The position numbers and the translations under genes were made by a program. Below are positions 1-9,372 of a DNA stretch of 64,000 nucleotides, piece by piece (the first letter of the stretch is position 1; every line of letters starts with the position of its first letter). Under the pieces are notes generated by a model that saw only the letters and a program-made list of their open reading frames with translations, searched no databases and had not been told where the DNA came from. The stretch comes from an uncultured Actinomycetota bacterium. GTDB lineage: Bacteria > Actinomycetota > Actinomycetes > JAFAQI01. Location: the NCBI GenBank assembly GCA_963770565.1, contig CAVYQE010000002.1, positions 1 through 64,000 on the forward strand. The letters run 5' to 3'.

Positions 1-1068
1 CAGCCGCTGCAACTCGTCGTACTGGGTCGCGGTCAATCCGACATCGATAGCGTCCACTCCCTGCACCGCAACCGCGGCGAGCTCGCCAAGCCGTTGGTGC
101 CATGGCGCCCAGAGCAGCTCGGAGATCGACGCCTCCGCGCCGGGCGGGTCAACGGCGAGCATCCGCAACGCGGTGTGGCGCATCACCTCCAGCTCGATCC
201 AGGCCTTGGTTAGCCGATCGGCAAGGATCGGGTCGTCGAGCGCGCCAGTACGACGGGCCACGCCGATCACCCGATCCAGCTCCGCGGCGAAACCGATCTG
301 GCGGCCAAGGGTGGCAACGCCGCGCTCGAAGCCCAACGTCGTCATCGCGACCCGCCACCCGTCTCCGGGCGCCCCGACGATGTTGTCGGCCGCGGTGCGC
401 GCACCGTCGAAGAAGACCTCGTTGAACTCCGACGTGCCGGACATCTGGACGATCGGCCGGACCTCGACCGCGGGCTGCTTCATCGGCACGAGGAGGTAGG
501 AGAAACCGGCGTGCCGCGGCGCGTCCGGATCGGTGCGCACGACCGCGAAGCACCAGTCCGCGTGCTGCGCGAACGAGGTCCAGACCTTCTGCCCGGTGAT
601 GACCCACTCGTCGCCGTCCCGGACCGCGGTGGTTGCGACATTGGCGAGGTCCGAGCCCGCGTTCGGCTCGGAGTAGCCCTGGCACCACAGCTCCTCGCCG
701 TGCCGGATCGGCGGCAGGAACCGTTCCCGCTGCGCGGCCGTGCCGCAGGCAATCAGGGTCGGCGCCAGCAACTGCTCACCGAGGTGGTTGATCCGGTACG
801 CACCGCCGGCCCGGGCGTACTCCTCGCGGAAGATCACCTGCTGCATCATCGACAGCCCGCGGCCATGCGGCGCCGGCCAGCCGATCCCGATCCAGTCGTG
901 CTCCCCGAGCAACCGCTCCCAGGCGCGGCACACCTCGAAGCCTTCGTGCTCGCGGCTCGCTCCGCCGAGATGGGCGATGGCGGTGAACTCGCCGGTGAGG
1001 TACGTCGCGAACCACCTCTGCACCTCGGCCCGGAAGTCCTCGTCCTCGGCCGTGAAGCGCAGGTCCAC
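1..1068 (-). CDS. fadE30: Acyl-CoA dehydrogenase, FadE30/IpdE1-like (3' end outside window)
   Basis: Manual translation from GTG 1068: MDLRFTAEDEDFRAEV...WCQGYSEPNAGSDLA...GQKVWTS...EFNEVFFDGART...GWRVAMTTLGFERG; closely resembles recalled mycobacterial FadE30. Absent from the ORF track because it runs off the window. Confidence 0.8.
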   Translation of the reverse strand, partial: MDLRFTAEDEDFRAEVQRWFATYLTGEFTAIAHLGGASREHEGFEVCRAWERLLGEHDWIGIGWPAPHGRGLSMMQQVIFREEYARAGGAYRINHLGEQLLAPTLIACGTAAQRERFLPPIRHGEELWCQGYSEPNAGSDLANVATTAVRDGDEWVITGQKVWTSFAQHADWCFAVVRTDPDAPRHAGFSYLLVPMKQPAVEVRPIVQMSGTSEFNEVFFDGARTAADNIVGAPGDGWRVAMTTLGFERGVATLGRQIGFAAELDRVIGVARRTGALDDPILADRLTKAWIELEVMRHTALRMLAVDPPGAEASISELLWAPWHQRLGELAAVAVQGVDAIDVGLTATQYDELQRL

Positions 1069-1097
1069 GTGGCTACCGTACTGTGCACGCGGGCGTG

Positions 1098-1116
1098 ACA
1101 TGACGACCCATCAGAA
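1098..1116. promoter_or_regulatory. Degenerate copy of the CTGACG-N3-CGTCAG operator (ACATGACG-ACC-CATCAGAA)
   Basis: Divergent intergenic region; two mismatches in the core relative to the other copies. Confidence 0.5.
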
Positions 1117-1139
1117 CGACTCATCAGAGGGAGCCGGCC

Positions 1140-1984
1140 ATGGAGATCAGCCAGACCACTCTCACCGCCAACGGCCTGCGCTTCGCCGCGCAGACCTGTG
1201 GGAGCAACGGCCCGCTCGGGCTGCTGTTCTGCACGGCTTTCCCGACTCAGCCCACACTTGGGACCGGCTCCTGCCCCGAGTTGGCGGCGGCCGGCTATCG
1301 GGCCGTCGCACCCTGGACTCGCGGCTACGCACCGACCGAGGTCGCTGCCGACGGCGACTACTCGATTGCCGCCCTGAGCGCGGACGCCAATCAGTTCCAC
1401 GACGCGCTCGGCGGCGACTCCGACGCCGTTCTCATCGGTCATGACTGGGGCGCGGCGACGGCGTACCTCGCCCGCGCGAGCACACCGGACCCCGGTGGCG
1501 CCGCATCGTCACCCTCGCAGTGCCGCCCACCGCGGTCGCGGCAAACGCGTTCTTCCGCTACGAGCAACTCAAGCGCAGCTTCTACGTCCTGCTGTTCCAG
1601 ACCCCGCTGGCCGAGCTGGTCGCCGGCGCCGACGACCTCCGCTTCCTCGAGCGGCTCTGGCAGGACTGGTCGCCGACGTACGACGCGACCGGCGAGATCC
1701 GGCAGATGAAGGAGTCGTTGCGTGACCCGGCCAACCTGGCCGCGGCGATCGGCTACTACCGTGCGATGTTCACGACCGGCGCGCCGAGCGACGTCCCGTC
1801 ACAGCCGACGCTGTATCTGCATGGCGCGAGCGATGGTGCCTTCAGCGTCGACAGCGTCGAAGGGACCCTCGACCATCTCGCCGCGGGATCCCGGGTCGAG
1901 GTGGTCGAGGGCGCCGGCCACTTCCTGCACCTCGAGCGGCCCGAAGTGGTCAACCCGATGATCCTCGAATGGATCGGTGGCTAG
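1140..1984 (+). CDS. Alpha/beta hydrolase (epoxide-hydrolase-like), frameshifted
   Basis: LHGFPDSAHTW, GYRAVAPWTRGY, GHDWGA and GAGHFLHLERP motifs are spread over three frames; indels near 1225, 1275 and 1490. Confidence 0.8.
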
Positions 1985-2027
1985 CCGCCAGGTCGCTGGA
2001 TACGGTGACAGGCGGAAGGAGACGGAC

Positions 2028-2402
2028 ATGGGTGGAGCAGTCGTTCACTTCGAGATCATGGGCAGCGGCGACCCGGCGAAACAGTGGTCGTTCTACTCGC
2101 AGATGTTCGGGTGGGACATCAACGGCGACAACCCGATGAACTACGGGATCGTCGACCGCACCGCGAACAGCAACGCCGACGGCATCGGGATCGGCGGCGG
2201 CATCGGCCAGAGCCCGGACGGCATGCCCGGCTACGTGACGTTCTACGTCGAGGTGCCAGATGTCGAGGCCGCGCTCGCGCAGGCCGAGCAGCTCGGCGGC
2301 AAGCGCCTGATGGGTCCGGAAAAGGTCATGGACACTCTCGAGATCGGGATGTTCCGGGATCCGGACGGGTTGCCGATCGGCGTCCTCAAGGGCGGTTCAT
2401 AA
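2028..2402 (+). CDS. VOC/glyoxalase family protein
   Basis: VVHFEI...FYSQMFGW...YVEVPDVEAAL...FRDPDG; AAGGAG RBS upstream. Confidence 0.85.
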   Translation: MGGAVVHFEIMGSGDPAKQWSFYSQMFGWDINGDNPMNYGIVDRTANSNADGIGIGGGIGQSPDGMPGYVTFYVEVPDVEAALAQAEQLGGKRLMGPEKVMDTLEIGMFRDPDGLPIGVLKGGS

Positions 2403-2406
2403 GCCG

Positions 2407-3018
2407 TCACCAGTGCGCGACAATCTCCGCGGTCGTGAGCACGGTCGCGAGCAGTGCCAGCGTGTTGTCGATCACTGACTCCGCGTACGACGGCGGGATG
2501 CCGGCCACCGCGTCACGGGCCAGCACGACCTGGTAGCCGAGGTTGACCGCATCCATCACCAGGTTGGTGACCGCGACGTTGACCGACACCCCGGCCACGA
2601 CCAGCGTCGTCACCCCGAGGTTGCGCAGCACCGGGTCCAGATCGGTGCCTGCCATCGGGTTGAGCCCATGCATCCGCGACAGCACGAGATCCTCGGGCGC
2701 GACCGAGAACTCACCGATCACCTCGGTGGCGTGGGTGCCGAGATCCATCCGGGGCAACCGCAAGAGCGCGCCGAACAACCGGGCGTTGTGGTTCGAGCCG
2801 CGGTCGTCCGGCCGGCGGCCGGCCACACAGTGCACCACCGGTACGCCGGCCGAGCGTGCCACCGCACACAGCTGCGCCCCGTTCGGCACGACGGTCAAGG
2901 CGGCCACCTCGGCGAGCTCCGGCAGCACCGACTTCGAGCCGATGACGCCGTTCTGGCACTCGCTCGTCACGACCGCGGTATGCGCCGGATCGAGCAGCTC
3001 GGCGAGATCGAGGGGCAT
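2407..3018 (-). CDS. Isochorismatase-family cysteine hydrolase
   Basis: TAVVTSECQNG...LDPVLRNLGVTTLVVAGVSVNVAV...GYQVVLARDAVAG. Confidence 0.8.
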   Translation of the reverse strand: MPLDLAELLDPAHTAVVTSECQNGVIGSKSVLPELAEVAALTVVPNGAQLCAVARSAGVPVVHCVAGRRPDDRGSNHNARLFGALLRLPRMDLGTHATEVIGEFSVAPEDLVLSRMHGLNPMAGTDLDPVLRNLGVTTLVVAGVSVNVAVTNLVMDAVNLGYQVVLARDAVAGIPPSYAESVIDNTLALLATVLTTAEIVAHW

Positions 3019-3031
3019 CGGACCGGCCTCG

Positions 3032-4084
3032 TCAGAAGGTGAGAACGCCGCGCGCGACGATCTCCCCGGCTTCCATGTCGTGAACGGCATCGGCGATGTC
3101 CGCGAGCAGATAACGGCGCGAGACCAGCTCGTCGAGCTTGAGCCGTCCACGCTGATATAGCTCGACATAGCGGCGTACGTCGCGCTGCGGCTGCGACGAG
3201 CCATACCGGCAGCCCAGGACCGACTTGTCGAGATACATCGATGCGACGTTGAACGACGCCTCGTCGGTAAAGCCCGGCACGCCGAGCATCACCGCGGTGC
3301 CACCCCAGTCGAGCAGGTCGATCGCCGCCCGAATCAGCCCGACGTGGCCGACGCACTCGAACGCGTAGTCCACCCCGGTCGACACGAGGTCGCGGACCGC
3401 GTCGATGCTCTCGAGAAAGTCAGTCGCGCCGAAAGCCAACGCTGCCTCGCGCTTGCGCGGGTTGGTGTCGACCGCGATGATCCGGCCCGCCCCGGCGAGC
3501 GCCGCACCCTGGATCACGTTGAGGCCGATCCCGCCGACCCCGATCACGAGCACGCTGGCACCCTCAGGCACTCGCGCCCGATGCAGCACGGCGCCGATTC
3601 CGGTCACCACGCCGCACCCGACAAGCGCCGCTGACTCCAGCGGCACCTCTGCCGGGATCGGCACCGCCTGGTTGGCCTTCACGACGGTCCGCTCGGAGAA
3701 CACCGAGGCGTTGGCGAACGCGTACGCCGGCTCGCCGCGCCAGGTGAACGGCTGCGGTCGGCCGCCGAAGGTCGACCGGCACATTGTCGGCCGTCCGGCG
3801 TCGCAGTACTGGCAGGCGCCACAGTTGCCCAACGTCGAGAGCACCACGTGGTCGCCCTCCTTCACCGTGGTGACCGATCCGCCGACCGCCTCGACCACGC
3901 CTGCGCCCTCGTGGCCGAGCACGACCGGCGTCGGGAACGGAATCGTCCCGTTGATCACCGACAGGTCGCTGTGACACAGCCCGGCTGCGCCGATCCGCAC
4001 CGCGATCTCACCCGGCCCGGGATCCCGAACTGACAGGTCGTCGACGACCTGATAGGCCGATCCGTCGTACACGACTCCACGCAT
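3032..4084 (-). CDS. Zn-dependent alcohol dehydrogenase (class III-like MDR)
   Basis: GLCHSD, GHEGAG, CGACQYC...C, GCGVVTG and GVGGIG motifs. Confidence 0.92.
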   Translation of the reverse strand: MRGVVYDGSAYQVVDDLSVRDPGPGEIAVRIGAAGLCHSDLSVINGTIPFPTPVVLGHEGAGVVEAVGGSVTTVKEGDHVVLSTLGNCGACQYCDAGRPTMCRSTFGGRPQPFTWRGEPAYAFANASVFSERTVVKANQAVPIPAEVPLESAALVGCGVVTGIGAVLHRARVPEGASVLVIGVGGIGLNVIQGAALAGAGRIIAVDTNPRKREAALAFGATDFLESIDAVRDLVSTGVDYAFECVGHVGLIRAAIDLLDWGGTAVMLGVPGFTDEASFNVASMYLDKSVLGCRYGSSQPQRDVRRYVELYQRGRLKLDELVSRRYLLADIADAVHDMEAGEIVARGVLTF

Positions 4085-4097
4085 CAGCTGTTCCGCC

Positions 4098-5564
4098 TCA
4101 AGTCGTACTCGGCCAGACGATCGCTTGCAGCTCGCTGTAAGCATGCAGCCCGAACGATCCGCGGTCGCGCCCGACTCCGCTTTGCTTGAAGCCGCCGAAC
4201 GGCGCTTCCATCTGCTGCGTCACCGTATTGAGGTCGACAGTGCCGGCCCGCAGCTGCCGCGCAACGCGATAGCCCCGAGCCGCGTCGGCCGACCAGACGT
4301 AGTTGATCAGCCCGTAATCCGAGTCGTTCGACAGCGCGATCGCCTCGTCCTCTGTGTCGAAACCGACCACGGACACGACCGGGCCGAAGATCTCCTCGCG
4401 CACGATTCGCATGTCGTTGTGGCAGTCGGCGAACAGAGTCGGCGCGACATAGAACCCCGGGTCGAGGTCAGGGCGCTCGCCGCCCGCGACCAGCGTCGCG
4501 CCCTCCTCGCGACCGGCGGAGATGTAGCTCTCGACCCGGTCGCGATGCGCCGCCGAGATCACCGGACCGACCACCGTGTCGGGCGCGGTCGGATCTCCGA
4601 CCTTCAGCGCCTTCGCGTACGCCGCCAGGCCCTCGACCACCTGGTCGAGCACCGAGCGATGCACGTAGACCCGGGTTGGCGCCGTGCAGATCTGACCCGA
4701 GTAGAAGCTGAAGGTCGTGCCGATCGCGCCGATCGCGGCCTTGACATCCGCGTCGTCGAACAGGATCGCCGCACCCTTGCCGCCGAGCTCCATCAACACG
4801 CGCTTCATCGATCCGCCGGCGACCGCACCGATCGCGCGCCCGACCTGCGTGCTGCCGGTGAAGCTCACCATGTCGACGTCAGGCGAGTCGACGCTCGCCT
4901 CGCCGACTCCGACCGCCTGCCCGGAGATGACGTTGACGACGCCGGCCGGCAGCCCGGCCTCCTCGAGCGCCTCGGCCATCTTCAGCACCGACAGCGGGTC
5001 CTGCGGCGCCGGCTTGACCACGAGGGTGTTGCCCATCGCCAGCGCGGGCGCGATCTTGCCGGCCGGGTTGGCCCACGGATTGTTGTACGACGTGATGCAG
5101 CTCACCACGCCGACCGGCTGCCGGATCACGAGTGCACCGGTCAGCCCACCCTTGGACAGCGGGCTGCTCTCGGTCACGGTCGGCGGCAACGGGATCTCGA
5201 CCGGCTCGAGCGCCCCCTTGGCATAGCGGCGGAACCGCGCGACCGCGACGTTGACCTGCAGCATCTTCACGGTCGCCGACGTCGCGCCGGTCTCGGCCTG
5301 CGCGATCGCGGCGTACTCGTCCGCGTGCGCAGCGATCGCGTCCGCGGCCCGACGCAGGATCTCGGCGCGCTGCTCGGGCTTGGTCGCCGACCAGGCCGGG
5401 AACGCCGCCCGGGCCGCTGCGGCCGCGTCGTACACCTGCTGTCGGGATGCCTCGGGTGCCCGGCCCACGACGGCCTCGGTCGCCGGGTTGATCACGTCGT
5501 AGTGCCCACCGGCCGGCTCGACCCACTCGCCATCGATGAACAGCCGATAGCCCTCGAAACCCAC
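4098..5564 (-). CDS. Aldehyde dehydrogenase
   Basis: LFIDGEW, SFTGST, MELGGK, SGQICTA, EEIFGPV and PFGGFKQSG; GTG start 7 nt after a TACGCT -10 box. Confidence 0.93.
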   Translation of the reverse strand: MGFEGYRLFIDGEWVEPAGGHYDVINPATEAVVGRAPEASRQQVYDAAAAARAAFPAWSATKPEQRAEILRRAADAIAAHADEYAAIAQAETGATSATVKMLQVNVAVARFRRYAKGALEPVEIPLPPTVTESSPLSKGGLTGALVIRQPVGVVSCITSYNNPWANPAGKIAPALAMGNTLVVKPAPQDPLSVLKMAEALEEAGLPAGVVNVISGQAVGVGEASVDSPDVDMVSFTGSTQVGRAIGAVAGGSMKRVLMELGGKGAAILFDDADVKAAIGAIGTTFSFYSGQICTAPTRVYVHRSVLDQVVEGLAAYAKALKVGDPTAPDTVVGPVISAAHRDRVESYISAGREEGATLVAGGERPDLDPGFYVAPTLFADCHNDMRIVREEIFGPVVSVVGFDTEDEAIALSNDSDYGLINYVWSADAARGYRVARQLRAGTVDLNTVTQQMEAPFGGFKQSGVGRDRGSFGLHAYSELQAIVWPSTT

Positions 5565-5576
5565 GCCGCGCAGCGT

Positions 5577-5595
5577 ATCTGACGCCCCGTCAGGT
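5577..5595. promoter_or_regulatory. Palindromic operator ATCTGACG-CCC-CGTCAGGT
   Basis: Overlaps the edge of the -10 box of the ALDH gene; motif recurs across the cluster. Confidence 0.8.
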
Positions 5596-5626
5596 TTGCC
5601 CTGTCGTGGGCCCACCACCGGCGACG

Positions 5627-6397
5627 TCACGGGTGCTGGCTGCTGGCCGAAATCACCTCTCCGGTCAGGTACGACGCGAGGTCGCTGGCCAGGAAGACGA
5701 TCACGTTGGCGATCTCCCACGGCTCGGCCGCGCGACCGAGCACCTCGCGCGACGTCAGCTCTGCAAGCAGCTCGTCGCTGGTTACCTTGGCCAGGTTCTC
5801 GTGCATTGCCAACGACGGCGCGACGGCGTTCACTCGCACGCCGTACTCGGCCGCTTCCACGGCCGCGGCGCGGGTCAGCGCCATCACCCCGGCCTTCGCC
5901 GCCGCGTAGTGGGCCTGCCCGGCTTGCGCCCGCCAGCCGAGCACCGAGGCGTTGTTCACGATCGCGCCACCGCGGCCGCGTGCCTTCAGCCGCTTCAGCC
6001 CTTCGCGGGTGCAGCGCATCGTGCCATTGAGGGTCACGTCGACCACCGCATGCCACTGCTCATCGGTCATGTCAGCCAGGGGCGCGGTGCCGCCGAGCCC
6101 GGCGTTGTTGACCAGAACGTCGAACTCGCCGACCGCGTCGAACATTCGCTGCACATCCGACTCGACCGTGACGTCACAGGGCACCGCGATCGGCTCGGTG
6201 CCCTGCACCGCCGCGAGCCGTTCGGCGGAGGTGGCCAGCCGCCGCTCGTGACGGTCGCTGATCGCGACCCTTGCACCCTCCTCGGCGCACCGCTTGGCAG
6301 TCGCGAATCCGATCCCGGTGCCGGCCGCCGCCGTCACCAGCACGGTCTTGCCGGCCAGCAGGCCGTGCCCGATCGGGTAGGGCGGCGGTGCCGTCAC
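5627..6397 (-). CDS. ipdF: SDR oxidoreductase, IpdF (Rv3559c)-like
   Basis: GHGLLAGKTVLVTAAAGTGIG, NNASVLGWRAQ, YAAAK and the C-terminal SSQHP match recalled IpdF. Confidence 0.8.
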   Translation of the reverse strand: MTAPPPYPIGHGLLAGKTVLVTAAAGTGIGFATAKRCAEEGARVAISDRHERRLATSAERLAAVQGTEPIAVPCDVTVESDVQRMFDAVGEFDVLVNNAGLGGTAPLADMTDEQWHAVVDVTLNGTMRCTREGLKRLKARGRGGAIVNNASVLGWRAQAGQAHYAAAKAGVMALTRAAAVEAAEYGVRVNAVAPSLAMHENLAKVTSDELLAELTSREVLGRAAEPWEIANVIVFLASDLASYLTGEVISASSQHP

Positions 6398-7311
6398 GAT
6401 GAAGCCGATGCCGACTCGGCTTGTGCCGCGCGAGCCTTCATCATGTCGATGTAGTCGAGCATCGGCAGCCGGTCGGTGCCCACCTCGCCCGGCAGTCGCG
6501 CCGCCAGCTCTTGGGGCGTCCAGCGGCCGTCCGTGACGATCTCGCGGATCTCCCGCGGTTGGGCCCACAACGCGACCCGGCCACCCACGACCGTGTAGGT
6601 CTGGCCGGTGACGTCGCGCGCGGCGTCCGACAGCAGGTAGACGACCATCGGCGCGACATCTTCCGGATCTCCGGTCTCCGCGGTGCCGCCGGGCACATTG
6701 GCCTGCATCCGGGTGCTCGCGACCGGGGCGATCGCATTCGCGGTCACGCCGTACTTGCCGAGCCCGAGCGCGGCACTGCGGACCAGCGCGACCACGCCGC
6801 CCTTGGCCGCCGCGTAGTTGGCCTGCGACACGCTGCCCCACATCCCGACCCCCGAGGTGAACGCGACCAGCGAGCCGCCACCCTCCTGCTTGCGCATCAC
6901 CGCAGCCGCGGCGCGGAACACCGTGAAGGTGCCCTTGAGATGGGTCTCGATCACCCCGTCCCACTCGTCCTCGGTCATGTTGAACAGCATCCGCTCACGC
7001 AGGATGCCGGCGACCGTGACGACGCCGTCGATCCGCCCGAACTGCTCGACCGCGGTCGCGACCAGCCGCTCGCCGGCCGCCATCGTCGAGATGTCGTCGG
7101 CGATCGCAATCGCCGCGCCACCGGCCGCTTCGATCTCCTGAACGACTGAGTCGGCGACCACACTGGTGGGGTCGGCGCCATCGATCCCCACGCCGTAGTC
7201 GTTGACGAGCACCTTGGCGCCCTCGGCCGCGCACGCAAGTGCAACCGCCCGACCGATTCCGCGCCCTGCACCGGTGATCGCGACCACCTTGTCCTGCAGG
7301 AAGCCCGACAT
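6394..7311 (-). CDS. SDR family oxidoreductase (3-hydroxyacyl-CoA dehydrogenase-like)
   Basis: TGAGRGIG, VND, NYAAAK; GTGA overlap with ipdF. Confidence 0.88.
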   Translation of the reverse strand: MSGFLQDKVVAITGAGRGIGRAVALACAAEGAKVLVNDYGVGIDGADPTSVVADSVVQEIEAAGGAAIAIADDISTMAAGERLVATAVEQFGRIDGVVTVAGILRERMLFNMTEDEWDGVIETHLKGTFTVFRAAAAVMRKQEGGGSLVAFTSGVGMWGSVSQANYAAAKGGVVALVRSAALGLGKYGVTANAIAPVASTRMQANVPGGTAETGDPEDVAPMVVYLLSDAARDVTGQTYTVVGGRVALWAQPREIREIVTDGRWTPQELAARLPGEVGTDRLPMLDYIDMMKARAAQAESASASS

Positions 7312-7323
7312 GCGCCGGAGCGT

Positions 7324-7342
7324 ACCTGACGCCTCGTCAGGT
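7324..7342. promoter_or_regulatory. Palindromic operator ACCTGACG-CCT-CGTCAGGT between divergent promoters
   Basis: Perfect 8-bp arms; flanked by TACGCT (minus strand) and TATGGT (plus strand) -10 boxes. Confidence 0.85.
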
Positions 7343-7359
7343 TCGGTATGGTCGCGCAG

Positions 7360-8169
7360 ATGACCGAGTTCGAGACCGTGCGCTACGAGATCGCCGACGG
7401 GATCGGCTGGGTCACCCTCAACCGTCCGGACGTCATGAACGCGTTCAACGACACGATGCTCGAGGAGATCTCGTCGATCTGGGCGGCGATGCGCGACGAC
7501 GACAACGTTCGCTGCGCGGTGTTGACCGGGGCCGGTGATCGAGCCTTCTGCACCGGCGTCGACCGGTCGGAGATCGGCACGGACGCGACCGCCACCGGCA
7601 GCCGGTTCGACGCCTCCTCGATCGACTACGACGACCCCGGCACGAAGCTCGGCCCGAAACGCAACGAGATGTGGAAGCCGGTGATCGCGGCGATCAACGG
7701 GATCGCCTGCGGCGGCGCGCTGTATCTCCTCGCCGAGTCCGACATCCTGATCGCCGCCGAGGGCGCGACGTTCTTCGACCCGCACGTGACCTACGGGATG
7801 CCGGCGTCGTACGAGTCGATGCTCATGGTCGGCCGGATGCCACTCGGTGAGCTGTTACGGATGCAGTTGACCGGGGCCGCAGAGCGAATCTCAGCACAGC
7901 GCGCGTATCAGGTCGGGCTGGTCTCCGAGGTTGTTCCGCTCGCCGACCTGCATGCGGCGGCCGGCCAACTCGCTGCGACGATCGCGGCCTCGCCGCCGGC
8001 CGCGGTGCAGGCCACCTTGCGCGCCGTATGGGCGGCGGTCGATCTCGGGCGCCGGCAGGCGCTCGACCTGGCGTACTCGTTCATCGCGATGGGCATGACC
8101 GCGCAGTCACTCGCTGAAGGCCAACGGCGGTTCGAATCCGGCGAGCGGATCGACTGGCGGCTGAGGTAG
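7360..8169 (+). CDS. Enoyl-CoA hydratase/isomerase (crotonase) family
   Basis: TLNRPDVMNAF, AFCTGVD, KPVIAAINGIACGG; ATG 7 nt after TATGGT. Confidence 0.9.
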   Translation: MTEFETVRYEIADGIGWVTLNRPDVMNAFNDTMLEEISSIWAAMRDDDNVRCAVLTGAGDRAFCTGVDRSEIGTDATATGSRFDASSIDYDDPGTKLGPKRNEMWKPVIAAINGIACGGALYLLAESDILIAAEGATFFDPHVTYGMPASYESMLMVGRMPLGELLRMQLTGAAERISAQRAYQVGLVSEVVPLADLHAAAGQLAATIAASPPAAVQATLRAVWAAVDLGRRQALDLAYSFIAMGMTAQSLAEGQRRFESGERIDWRLR

Positions 8170-8183
8170 TCGCTCTCGGGTGC

Positions 8184-9371
8184 TCAGGTCCCGACGATGC
8201 CGACGAAGCTGACCATCTCGCCGGGATAGCCGCCAAGGTTGTGGGTCAGTGCCAGTGACCGCTTGCCGTAGGTCGAGATCCGGCGCTCCAACGGCGCTTC
8301 ACCGCGCAGTTGCAACCAGGCCTCGTACATCATCCGGAGCCCGGATGCCCCGACCGGGTGCCCGAACGATTTCAGCCCGCCGTCCGGGTTGACCGGCAGG
8401 TCACCGTCGAGATCAAAGCAGCCGGCCAGCACGTCGCGCCACGCCGTACCTCGCTCGGAGAACCCGAGGTCCTCCATCAACACCAGCTCGGTGGGAGTGA
8501 AGCAGTCGTGTACCTCGGCCATCGCCAATTCGGCCCGCGGGTTGGTGATCCCGGCTTGCGCGTAGGCATCGGCGGCGGTCGCAGCCACCTCGGGAAAGTG
8601 GGTGTAGTCATAGCTCGGGTCGGCGAGCCCGCTCCCGTTGCCGGCGACGAACGACAGCGCCTTGATCACGACCGGCAGGTCGGTGAAGCGCGCCGCGTCC
8701 TCGACCCGGCACACGATCGCTGCCGCCGCGCCGTCGGCGACCCCCGCGCAGTCGAACACCGACAGGTCACCCGCGACCGGCGGCATGGCGAGCAACCGCT
8801 CGACCGAGATCTCCTTGCGGAACTGCGCCTTCGGATTCTTCGCACCGTTCGCATGGTTCTTCGACGCGATCCGCGCGAGCACCGTGCGTAGCTCCGCCGG
8901 GTCGACGCCATAGCGCCTCGCGTACGCCGGCCCGACCATCGAGAACATCGCGGCCGCGGTCAACGTCCGCTGCGTGCCATCCGACGGGATCGGAAACGCG
9001 TTCAACCCTTGGTATCCGGAGTCCTTGACCTTCTCCACCCCGACCGCCATCGCCAGGTCGTACGCCCCGGACGCCACCGCGTACGCCGCCTGCCGCAGCG
9101 CCTCGGACCCCGACGCGCAGTAGTTCTCGACCCGGGTCACCGGCTTTGACTCGAGCTTGAGCGGGCGGGCCAGGGTGATGCCACTCATCCCGGACTGCGC
9201 GGTGCTCAACCAATAGGCGTCGACGTCCTCCTTGCCGACCCCGGCCGCCTCGAACGCCTCGGTGGTCGCGGCCAGCAGGAGGTCGTCGGTACCGAGGTCG
9301 TAGTGCTCGGCAAACCGGGTGCAGCCCATGCCGACGATCGCGACCCGGTCCCGAATGCCATGCGACGCCAC
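8184..9371 (-). CDS. Thiolase-family acetyl-CoA acetyltransferase (SCPx/PhlC-like)
   Basis: ENYCASGSEA, AEVHDCF and KSFGHPVGASG motifs. Confidence 0.88.
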   Translation of the reverse strand: MASHGIRDRVAIVGMGCTRFAEHYDLGTDDLLLAATTEAFEAAGVGKEDVDAYWLSTAQSGMSGITLARPLKLESKPVTRVENYCASGSEALRQAAYAVASGAYDLAMAVGVEKVKDSGYQGLNAFPIPSDGTQRTLTAAAMFSMVGPAYARRYGVDPAELRTVLARIASKNHANGAKNPKAQFRKEISVERLLAMPPVAGDLSVFDCAGVADGAAAAIVCRVEDAARFTDLPVVIKALSFVAGNGSGLADPSYDYTHFPEVAATAADAYAQAGITNPRAELAMAEVHDCFTPTELVLMEDLGFSERGTAWRDVLAGCFDLDGDLPVNPDGGLKSFGHPVGASGLRMMYEAWLQLRGEAPLERRISTYGKRSLALTHNLGGYPGEMVSFVGIVGT

Positions 9372-9372
9372 G

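Noticed and set aside
4098-6056. 652-aa ORF suggesting an N-terminally extended or fused ALDH
   Set aside because: The extension is an alternative frame of ipdF; the real start at 5564 follows a -10 box and operator
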